A stretch of 64,000 nucleotides of DNA, from the IMG/VR virus record IMGVR_UViG_3300032313_000564, positions 4,993 through 68,992 of that record; one strand, given 5' to 3'. A model generated the notes under the pieces. That model saw nothing but the letters and a program-made list of their open reading frames with translations. It had not been told where the DNA came from and did no database searches. Positions 56,494 through 64,000 of this stretch are shown here, piece by piece. The stretch comes from a virus. The first letter of the stretch is position 1. Every line of letters starts with the position of its first letter. Both the position numbers and the translations under genes were made by a program.

Positions 56494-56558
56494 TTAAGTT
56501 CACATATCCCCTAATTGTTTTTGTGGGGTTTTGGAAGGACCCCATACCTTTTATTTAA

Positions 56559-57941
56559 TTATTTAAGAAGTGTTCCAGATACTTTAACTGTTGAGTTATC
56601 TGCTGGAGTTACTCTTATTCTTACATTTGAACCTGATACATCTGCTGTAATAGTTCCTCTTGATCCATTAGTTCCGACAATTGCATATTCTGTAATTGCT
56701 ACGTTATCTGATGAATCTAATGTTATTAGAACTTCTGAAACTTCATTATGTGTTGCGTTGTCAATCTTAACAAGAACCTTAGCTGAGCGATAATCTGCCT
56801 TTGCCCACTCATAAGCTGTTCCAGCAACTGCTGCTGTCCCAGATGATGAAGCCGCAAATTGCTTAGCTTGATCATTTACGTTTAGTGCTGTAAATGCTGT
56901 TGTTCCTGCTTGCTGAGCTGTGTTAGCAGCTGCTGCTGTTGCTTCCGCTGCTGCTTGTGCTGCGTTGGCCTTAGTTGTTGCATCTGATGCTGCTGTCGCT
57001 ACTGCTGCTGCTTGAGCTGCGTTAGCCTTGGTTGTTGCGTCAGCTGCTGCTGTCGCTACTGAGGCTGCGTCTCCTGATACTCTTAGAGCTGCTTCTGCGG
57101 CTACCTTAGATGCTGCGTCTGCTGCTGCATCTGTTGCTGCTTCTGACTTTGCAGTTGCAATTGCTGTTGTAACATCAGCTGAGTTAGCCTTTGTTGCTAG
57201 TGCTGATGTAAGAGTTGTTGTGTAATTAGCATCATCGTTAATTGCTGCTGCTAATTCGTTTAATGTGTTAAGAAGTGCTGGTGCACCATCTACTAATGAA
57301 TCTACTGCACTTGAAATTGCTGTATTACGGTTTGTAACCTCTGTTGAGATTGCAGTTGAAAGTGCTGCTGCTGCAGTAGCTTCTGCTCCTGCCTTTGCTG
57401 CATTTGCCTTAGTTGTAGCGTCTGCTGCTGCTGCAGAAATTGCTGCTGCTTGAGCTGCATCTGCCTTGGTTGTAGCGTCTGCTGCTGCTGCAGAAATTGC
57501 TGCTGCTTGAGCTGCGTTGGCTTTAGATGTAGCATCTGCTGCTGCAGTTGAAACTGAAGCTGCATCGCCTGATACTCTAAGTGCTGCTTCTGCAGCTACC
57601 TTTGTTGTAGCATCTGATGCGGCTGCTGAAATTGCAGATGATGCTGCGGCATTTGCTTTTGATGTTGCATCTGCTGAAGCTGTGGCTTCTGCTGCAGACT
57701 GTGCTGCTGCTGCTGCGCCTGCTGCATCAAATACACCAGACTTGATAGAAAGCTTTCCAGCTCCGTTTAGTTCAAGCTGTGTAGACTCTACTGATTTTAC
57801 AAGAGTTGCACCGCCAACAAGATTAAGAATATAATTGTCTGATCCTGTTTCTGTAAGTATATTTTGGCCATTGATTGTACCTGTTGTACCTTCAACGATG
57901 AGGCCAGATTTAATTCTAAAATTCTTTACTACTGTTGCCAT
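56559..57941 (-). CDS. Ala-rich coiled-coil fibre protein
   Basis: Many DATTKANAAQAAA-type repeats and a C-terminal beta domain. Confidence 0.8.
   Translation of the reverse strand: MATVVKNFRIKSGLIVEGTTGTINGQNILTETGSDNYILNLVGGATLVKSVESTQLELNGAGKLSIKSGVFDAAGAAAAAQSAAEATASADATSKANAAASSAISAAASDATTKVAAEAALRVSGDAASVSTAAADATSKANAAQAAAISAAAADATTKADAAQAAAISAAAADATTKANAAKAGAEATAAAALSTAISTEVTNRNTAISSAVDSLVDGAPALLNTLNELAAAINDDANYTTTLTSALATKANSADVTTAIATAKSEAATDAAADAASKVAAEAALRVSGDAASVATAAADATTKANAAQAAAVATAASDATTKANAAQAAAEATAAAANTAQQAGTTAFTALNVNDQAKQFAASSSGTAAVAGTAYEWAKADYRSAKVLVKIDNATHNEVSEVLITLDSSDNVAITEYAIVGTNGSRGTITADVSGSNVRIRVTPADNSTVKVSGTLLK
56930..57725 (-). repeat. Imperfect Ala-rich coding repeats (DAT(T/S)KA(N/D)AAQAAA; two KVAAEAALRVSGDAASV units)
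   Basis: Visible in the translation and in gctgctgc-rich DNA. Confidence 0.85.
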
Positions 57942-57966
57942 TTATATGACTCCTCTTACTGCTTTA

Positions 57967-58518
57967 TTATATTTTTATTGCTGTTCTTGTAAATCTAGCG
58001 GTTATTGCACCAGAAACTGGAGCTACCTTAAAACTAATTATACCTGAATTTTGTTCAAATGTATAAGTAAATAGACTTGTATTTGTGTTGGATACAATGT
58101 CGGATTCTACAACATGAACATCGACTCCATCGCTTACTGCTGTCAGATTAGATCTGTAGAAATATGCATTTTTTGTTATCTGTAAAGAGTACTGAACGCT
58201 TCTCCATGTATCTACTGCAAAGTGATCTATCTGAGTAGGATTTTCAATACCCGTTACTTCAAGATCATTGTTTCCCTCTAGTCCTAAAAGCGTAGAAATA
58301 GTATCAGTGTTGTTTGTTATACTAGCGACTGCTGTAGAAAGGTTGTTTACCTTATACGTGATTGTGGAGCTGTCCGCAGAATTTGTGACTCCAAGAACAT
58401 TTTCAATTGCCTCAATAGCATCATTAGCGTTGGCATGCTGTGCAGCATGCCCCGTTAGCTCATCTGTTGCTGCTGGGTTTGATAGATTGTCTTTTGATGT
58501 AGGAAATGAAGTTGCCAT
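57967..58518 (-). CDS. Virion structural protein
   Basis: FPTS.D...HA.QH...NDAIEAIE..LG N-terminal anchor; the C-terminal domain resembles that of 56559-57941. TGaTATAAT at 58551-58559. Confidence 0.7.
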   Translation of the reverse strand: MATSFPTSKDNLSNPAATDELTGHAAQHANANDAIEAIENVLGVTNSADSSTITYKVNNLSTAVASITNNTDTISTLLGLEGNNDLEVTGIENPTQIDHFAVDTWRSVQYSLQITKNAYFYRSNLTAVSDGVDVHVVESDIVSNTNTSLFTYTFEQNSGIISFKVAPVSGAITARFTRTAIKI

Positions 58519-58569
58519 TGCCCCCCCTTGTAAAATATGTACTAGTGTTAATTATATCAGAATTTATTA

Positions 58570-61329
58570 TTAAGCAGGAGGATTTTCCTGAGAAAGCTTC
58601 CATTCTTGATAAATTGTTTCTAATGCTTGTGAAAGATTCTGGTCGGAAGATGTTATTACCCCTGGAGTATTTTCATCAAACTCGTGAGAGTCATGGACAA
58701 TAGCATTATCTGTAAAAAATACATCATACGGCTCGGTATTAATAGATATTACAAGTTCCTTACCTTCAAGAACTTTAAAGTCTATTATTGGCTGCCATGA
58801 ATCAAGTAGTGGGCTAAACACCATGTCAGACTCAAGTACTTCATAGACTTTTACAAATTTTACAATGTTTTCTCTTTTAACTAAAACATAGTGTGAATAA
58901 GAATATTTGTTTCCGTTAATAACAATAACTTTATCAACAATTCTTGCAGACAACGAAACAATTGTTGTTTCAAGATTTGTATCAATATTAGGATTTTCTG
59001 TTGACCAGGATCCAAGGTACTCAGACAAAGTTTGTCCAGATGAAAGATCTAAGCCTTCAATGTCTGCCGTATACAAAATATCTCCAACAGAAAGGTTGTG
59101 GGCTAGGGTTAATCCTTCTGGAACTTTTGATGCTACAAGTGTGTCTGCACCAATTGATTTAACTGGTGTAAACGAAAACGGTGTGAAACCAAATGGAGTA
59201 AATCCAAATGGTGTGAAACCAAATGGAGTAAATCCAAATGGTGTGAAACCGAATGGGGTGAAACCAAATGGTGTAAAACCGAATGGAGGAACATAGCATG
59301 CATTTGGTATTCCCAATATAGCTATAATTTGATCGCTACTAAGATTAGGATCTTGTGTTTGCCCGTAGATATAACTTGTTCCAGATCCACCTGATGGTGA
59401 TCCGTATCCTCCGCTATATGCACCGCTAAATCCATTACATCTTACATATATTGCATATCCTGGTGCTTGGTACTGATATCTATTAATACTTACGGATGCT
59501 GGCAATGAAATATATCTTGTATCGTAAGCAGATCCAGCAATAGGAGACTGAGAAACAATTTTTCCATCTAACGTATAGTCTGAAGTTCCAGTGTTTTGGT
59601 TAGTTGTAAGGTTCCAATCACCATTAACTCCATCTGAAGTATATGTGCCCACATAATTTGGAGTATATACATATGTTACTGCTGGCTCTTCGTATACGTA
59701 CGAACTTACGCTTACGGTTAGTGGCAACTGATTTTGAGGAACTGAATATGTTCCAGCGCCTGGGCTTTGACTTGCGATTTGCCCAACAATCGAATTGTTT
59801 GAAGTTCCAGTTCCTGCCGCATAATAAATTACATAGTTTGTTCCATTACTGGCACTTGTTTGACCAACAAAATTTGGTACCACTACTGATGCAGGTGGAT
59901 TTTGAGTAGCAGTTGCAACTTGAGCTGACGCAACTACATCTGATGTGCCAGCGCTATTTGTTGCTGTTGCAAATGCTCTAAACCGTGTTCCAGCTTCAAC
60001 ATCTAATGCATTTACAGTATATGATGGGCTTACACCAGTTGCAAATACAAATCCGTCTGATATAGAAGTTGGTGTTCTGTATGAATCACCTACAATTGAT
60101 ACTGATGTAGATGTTGGGTTCGGTGTCCAGCCAGATGTAGATCCATATAATGTAGTGCCTGGATAAACTGCTCCATTTGCAGAAAGAAAAGCTAATCCAG
60201 AAGTTGGCTTGACGTTTGCTGATGTAGCTTTACCAGCAACCGCATCTATGTATCCAGAAAAACCTCTTTCTGTACCGTAAACTCTAACCTTCCAAGGTCC
60301 AGTTTCTACACCTGCACCAGTTTGTATATAGGCAAAATTACTTCCTGATGTTACTGGGCCACGATACCAAATCCACTGCATTTCATTTACTTCATCATTA
60401 AATGTTTCATAGTATATTTCATACTGAGTTTGATTAATATTAACAGCGTTCCAATTAATTCTAAGAGCTGTGTCATAAACATATGGAGATATTGCTTCTA
60501 TTGTTGAAGTTACAGATGGCTTTTTAGGTAGTAAATCAAGAATATCTCTACTTTGCCCGTTGCCAGTAAATTTAAAGTTAGGCTGCGCTGTTGCCCATTG
60601 CCACCAAGACAAAGCTTGGCTTGTGTCATTATAAGGCTGCACAGAAATTGACATTGTTGTTTTGCCAATTAAAAATGCTAAATCTGGAGACCCAAAATCT
60701 TTATCAAATAAGTTATTTTGTTTTCCAACAATTGTTAATTCTGTGTAAGGAATTCCTGGTCCTTGATACCATACCTTATATCCATCTGCACCTTCAGAAA
60801 CATCCCAAAAAAATCTTATTGATCCGTTTATATATCCGCTGCCATCTTGTTGAACAAGTGCTGTTGCATTTGCTATTCTTTGTGGAGGTAGTGGTGAGCT
60901 ATCAATTGATGCATATACTGGCTCACTATCTGAAGACCCATTAACTGCAATAACCTTACATCTAATAAAATATCCTACTTGACTTGCAGATAAAAGATAA
61001 CTGCTTGAAGTTCCATTTGGCAAATCTTCCCATTGTGTTGTAGAACCCTGAACATTGTATCCTTTTTGCCACTGATACTTATATGATTCTGGAGTTATAG
61101 TCCAAGTTCCATTGCTAACACTTACTGTTTGTCCTACTCCATCTCCAAATGATCCAGCAGACCATGTAAATTCTGGTAAAGAAATATTAGATTGCCCACT
61201 ATATATTTCAACCCAAGCAGATCCATTCCAAGTAAAAGCTTTTTTAGCGAATTGCCATGTGGCTCCGTCATAAAGCTTAACTAATTTTGAATTTTTCCAA
61301 CTTGAGCCATCAAATATTTTAATAGACAT
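58570..61329 (-). CDS. Ig/FN3/PASTA-like virion protein with (FGFTP)n repeat and C-terminal Hint domain
   Basis: DGxxW repeats, YKYQWQ Ig unit, two PN(F/Y)VG...SQSP.AG units, 8 pentapeptide units, Hint domain SIGADTL...IVHD. Confidence 0.85.
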   Translation of the reverse strand: MSIKIFDGSSWKNSKLVKLYDGATWQFAKKAFTWNGSAWVEIYSGQSNISLPEFTWSAGSFGDGVGQTVSVSNGTWTITPESYKYQWQKGYNVQGSTTQWEDLPNGTSSSYLLSASQVGYFIRCKVIAVNGSSDSEPVYASIDSSPLPPQRIANATALVQQDGSGYINGSIRFFWDVSEGADGYKVWYQGPGIPYTELTIVGKQNNLFDKDFGSPDLAFLIGKTTMSISVQPYNDTSQALSWWQWATAQPNFKFTGNGQSRDILDLLPKKPSVTSTIEAISPYVYDTALRINWNAVNINQTQYEIYYETFNDEVNEMQWIWYRGPVTSGSNFAYIQTGAGVETGPWKVRVYGTERGFSGYIDAVAGKATSANVKPTSGLAFLSANGAVYPGTTLYGSTSGWTPNPTSTSVSIVGDSYRTPTSISDGFVFATGVSPSYTVNALDVEAGTRFRAFATATNSAGTSDVVASAQVATATQNPPASVVVPNFVGQTSASNGTNYVIYYAAGTGTSNNSIVGQIASQSPGAGTYSVPQNQLPLTVSVSSYVYEEPAVTYVYTPNYVGTYTSDGVNGDWNLTTNQNTGTSDYTLDGKIVSQSPIAGSAYDTRYISLPASVSINRYQYQAPGYAIYVRCNGFSGAYSGGYGSPSGGSGTSYIYGQTQDPNLSSDQIIAILGIPNACYVPPFGFTPFGFTPFGFTPFGFTPFGFTPFGFTPFGFTPFSFTPVKSIGADTLVASKVPEGLTLAHNLSVGDILYTADIEGLDLSSGQTLSEYLGSWSTENPNIDTNLETTIVSLSARIVDKVIVINGNKYSYSHYVLVKRENIVKFVKVYEVLESDMVFSPLLDSWQPIIDFKVLEGKELVISINTEPYDVFFTDNAIVHDSHEFDENTPGVITSSDQNLSQALETIYQEWKLSQENPPA
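58690..59157 (-). other. Hint (intein-like) domain, Ser1...His-Asp, 156 aa (second copy)
   Basis: SIGADTLV...LSVGDIL, YSYSHY, ISINTEPYDVFFTDNAIVHD|S; same length as the first copy. Confidence 0.75.
59164..59283 (-). repeat. 8 x 15-bp coding tandem repeat (7 x FGFTP + FSFTP)
   Basis: Units such as tggtgtgaaaccaaa and tggagtaaatccaaa on the + strand. Confidence 0.97.
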
Positions 61330-61338
61330 TTTTAGCTC

Positions 61339-63015
61339 CTAGTACTGAATATATATATCGCCGACGGCAGTTCCAGATGGTGGAGTAGCGCTAGTTCCGT
61401 ATGATATTACATTTGAACCTATTGAGGTGTTTGAATTTGAATATCCAGCAGTTACCGTTAAGTTTCCTCCGAGTGATACTGCATTTCCATTAATTGTAAT
61501 TTGGCTATTTAGTAGTTTTTCATTTGTTATAGCTCCGCTTTCAATTAAACTTGGAAGGATGTATCCGCTTGCATTTATTCCTGCAAAACCAGACGCTACG
61601 TTTCTATCAGCTTCTTCAAGATATCCTCCAGAACTCAATGTGTTTTGTAAACCAGTAGAAGTAACATAAGAAGATGCTGCATTTTCAATTGTTAAATATG
61701 TTGAAGCAGCATTTGCTGTTGTTAAGTAACCAGATATAGAAGCTCCTGCTGGAATTGTTACCGTCCCAGTAAATGTAGGATTAGCTATTGGAGCTTTTAA
61801 GGCAAGATTTGTTATTGTTGCATATGTTGATGCCGCATCTGTTGTTGAAAGCTTCAGGCCAATTGATGTGGTTAATGCAGTTACTCCGCTTTCATTTGAT
61901 TGCAAAGCAGATGCTAATTCTCCAAGTGTATCTAGCGCTCCTGGTGCAGAATTAACTAAACTTGATACCGCATTTGATATATCCGACACTCTTGCAATTG
62001 TGGACGGTATGACAGATGTCTGTAATAATCCATTTGAATCTAATCCAGCAAAACCACCAGATATATTTCTATCTGCTTCAGAGACAGTTGTTTCTAATAC
62101 TGTATCTATTGCTGTATCTATTGATCCGCCAGCTCCTGTAATTTTTATATCTAGTGAATCAACTGCGTCTAAAGCATTTCCCAAAATTTCTGATGTTCTT
62201 GCATTTAAAGCTGAAACTGCTCTTGCAGGAGTAAAGTATAAATTTGTACCTTCTGTAATTCCAGTAGTATTAAGGCCGCCAGTTAAAGCGGCTACTGCTC
62301 TAGCATTTGTAAAATAAAGTCTAGATCCTTCTGCAATATTTGATGTGGTCAAGGCTTCAGTCGCTGAGGTTATAGCTGCATTTCTTGCAATTGCTTCTGC
62401 GTTTACCGCAGAGCTAATTGCTCCAGTTACAGATGCATTATAATTTGTTATTTTTGTATCAGCTGCTGCAGATGCTGCGGAAATTGCTGCAGATTGCACG
62501 GCATTAGACTTAGAAGTTGCATCTAGTGCTGCTGCGGAAATTGCTGCAGATTGTGCAGCATCGGCCTTAGATGCTGCATCTAAAGATGCGGTTGCAATTG
62601 CTTCTGTTTTGGCTGTAGATATTGCTTGATTTCTATTTGTAACTTCAAGTGCAATTGCATCTGCTATTGCTGTTCCAACTGCAGATATTGCTCTGGCATT
62701 TGTAAAATATTTGTTTGTTCCTTCTGGCAAATTAGTAGTTGAAAGCAATGAAATAGCATTTGCAATATCAGCGTTAATAGAAAAACTATCTGGTAGCTGT
62801 GAAGCTGCTAATTTACCTGCTGAGTTTAGTGTAGCTAAACCGTTTGCTTCTCCAGGTTTAAATGCATATGATGCTTGATCATTCCATCTACCACCGTTTC
62901 CAATTTTAAACTTTAAGGTATCTGTTTCAATACCAATTTCTCCGTTTAAAAGAATAGGGTTATGCAGAGTCCAGTTTTGTGCCAAGTCTCTTTTAAGTTG
63001 AATTCTAATTGCCAT
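61339..63015 (-). CDS. Long fibre protein with an Mtd_N-like N-terminus
   Basis: RIQLKRD...W...NPILLNGEIGIETDTLKFKIGNG; three EGxxxYFTxARA repeats; ends GDIYIQY. Confidence 0.85.
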   Translation of the reverse strand: MAIRIQLKRDLAQNWTLHNPILLNGEIGIETDTLKFKIGNGGRWNDQASYAFKPGEANGLATLNSAGKLAASQLPDSFSINADIANAISLLSTTNLPEGTNKYFTNARAISAVGTAIADAIALEVTNRNQAISTAKTEAIATASLDAASKADAAQSAAISAAALDATSKSNAVQSAAISAASAAADTKITNYNASVTGAISSAVNAEAIARNAAITSATEALTTSNIAEGSRLYFTNARAVAALTGGLNTTGITEGTNLYFTPARAVSALNARTSEILGNALDAVDSLDIKITGAGGSIDTAIDTVLETTVSEADRNISGGFAGLDSNGLLQTSVIPSTIARVSDISNAVSSLVNSAPGALDTLGELASALQSNESGVTALTTSIGLKLSTTDAASTYATITNLALKAPIANPTFTGTVTIPAGASISGYLTTANAASTYLTIENAASSYVTSTGLQNTLSSGGYLEEADRNVASGFAGINASGYILPSLIESGAITNEKLLNSQITINGNAVSLGGNLTVTAGYSNSNTSIGSNVISYGTSATPPSGTAVGDIYIQY

Positions 63016-63482
63016 TAGTTTGAGTCTCCAAGGTCTAAAATTTCATCTTCTAAGGATGGGGCTGCTGATCCGCCTTCGATAATTATATCATCAATTTCTG
63101 GTTCAAACATAGAGTTATACTCTCCTCCATCTAGTAGAGTTAAATCTTGATACGTTCCGCTATCATTATTTGACATCGGTTCTCCTCCTTCTATTCCCAC
63201 AACTTGTGGGATATTTGCTTGCGGTCCTGCTTGATCATTAAATGAATCAAATCTTATAACATTTTGGACATCAATACTATGTACTGATCCATCAAAAGCA
63301 TGCGTATGTGGATAAAATGGTGTGGGGTCGTCACTTGGAGGAGTTAGCTCTAGCCAAGATAAACCATTATATATTCTTATGTTTTTAGTTAAAACATTAA
63401 AATACACATCGCCCTCAATTGCAAAAACTGGATCCGTAGACATAGTTAATAGGTTAAGAGGAACAACCATTTTTCTTGACAT
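63015..63482 (-). CDS. Small acidic virion adaptor-like protein
   Basis: EGDVYFN...YNG..W, then repeated (I/L)(E/D)GG motifs. Confidence 0.65.
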   Translation of the reverse strand: MSRKMVVPLNLLTMSTDPVFAIEGDVYFNVLTKNIRIYNGLSWLELTPPSDDPTPFYPHTHAFDGSVHSIDVQNVIRFDSFNDQAGPQANIPQVVGIEGGEPMSNNDSGTYQDLTLLDGGEYNSMFEPEIDDIIIEGGSAAPSLEDEILDLGDSN

Positions 63483-63483
63483 T

Positions 63484-64000
63484 TTATCCTACAATTACAA
63501 CTTTATATTGTCCAGCTGTTGGTGCCTGGGCAAAATCTACTGTTACGACATTTGAGCTTGTTCTTTTTACATCTGCCTCAACTTGTGAAAATGGGCTAGC
63601 TGATTCGTAAATTTGAACTGTTACATCTGAAGTTCCAAGATTATGCGTTACCGTATATGTTGTTAAAGAATCTGATAATACTGCTGCATACTTTCTAGCA
63701 ATTCCGTGAAAGTTTCCACCATTATTTGTTAACTGCCATTGAGATGCGCTTTCTTTCCAGACTAGTGAAACATCTGATTCTGTACCACGCTCAACAATAA
63801 TTCCAGCATCTGCAACAGGTGTTCCTGCAAAGCCAGTATTAAGTCTAATTGTATTGTCTGCAATATCAATTTCTGTGGTGTTTACAGCGTTTAAAGTTCC
63901 CTGTACATTAAGGTTACCATTAACTTGTAGGTCTCCAGATATTGTTACGTTGTCTGGAAGTCCAATAGTTACTGCTGCATTAGATCCGCTGTTTGGAGCA
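63484..64000 (-). CDS. Fibre/structural protein, C-terminal part (starts beyond the window)
   Basis: Open frame APNSGSNAAVTIGLPDNVTISGDLQVNG...AGIIVERG...YTVTHNLGTSDVTVQIY...YKVVIVG, ending at TAA 63484. Confidence 0.85.
   Translation of the reverse strand, partial: APNSGSNAAVTIGLPDNVTISGDLQVNGNLNVQGTLNAVNTTEIDIADNTIRLNTGFAGTPVADAGIIVERGTESDVSLVWKESASQWQLTNNGGNFHGIARKYAAVLSDSLTTYTVTHNLGTSDVTVQIYESASPFSQVEADVKRTSSNVVTVDFAQAPTAGQYKVVIVG

Noticed and set aside
56520-56550. Weak hairpin TGGGGT...ACCCCA after the Ala-rich fibre gene
   Set aside because: The stem is short and has no T-tract on the coding strand, which is not enough to call a terminator.
1033-63555. Numerous plus-strand and nested alternative-frame ORFs in the ORF track (e.g. 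14707-15183, 26054-26620, 39439-39951, 54666-55136, 57302-57565)
   Set aside because: All overlap well-supported minus-strand genes, lack recognisable motifs and reflect codon bias of the real frame.
1-64000. Alternative genetic code or prophage/integration features
   Set aside because: Genes are full length under the standard code with TAA, TAG and TGA all used as stops. No suppressor tRNA, integrase, att site or host genes are seen.

Overview
This is a 64-kb slice of a large, AT-rich, long-tailed dsDNA phage (siphovirus-like), with every supportable gene on the minus strand. The host is probably actinobacterial, inferred from leaderless extended -10 promoters, a TipAS-like gene and a gene set resembling large Streptomyces/freshwater actinophages. 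In transcription order (64000->1) the window holds: (1) fibre/adhesin genes; (2) an 11-gene modification-enzyme cluster; (3) a collagen-like fibre, then portal, protease/scaffold, capsid, neck, major tail, a -1-frameshifted tail chaperone, a 2483-aa tape measure and tail-tip genes; (4) a replication module (DnaB, DnaG, SSB, DnaE, MazG, RecA, Cas4-like nuclease, RuvC); (5) terminase, three tRNAs, a TipAS-like gene and the start of a CHAP endolysin. The best candidate for a new system is as follows. Two unrelated FN3/Ig-type virion proteins end in the same cassette: tandem FGFTP pentapeptides (12 and 8 units), an atypical 156-aa Hint (intein-like) domain that starts with Ser and ends His-Asp, and a conserved helical tail. 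One of these genes is tightly coupled to prolyl-hydroxylase-like oxygenases, a GT60-like (hydroxyproline GlcNAc transferase-like) glycosyltransferase, an SDR, a GNAT-like protein and paralogous unknown enzymes. Together this suggests a self-processing, post-translationally decorated peptide array on fibre tips. A second highlight is an R-S-E-type ADP-ribosyltransferase domain embedded in the tape measure protein. All family assignments come from reading motifs by eye; no database searches were run.
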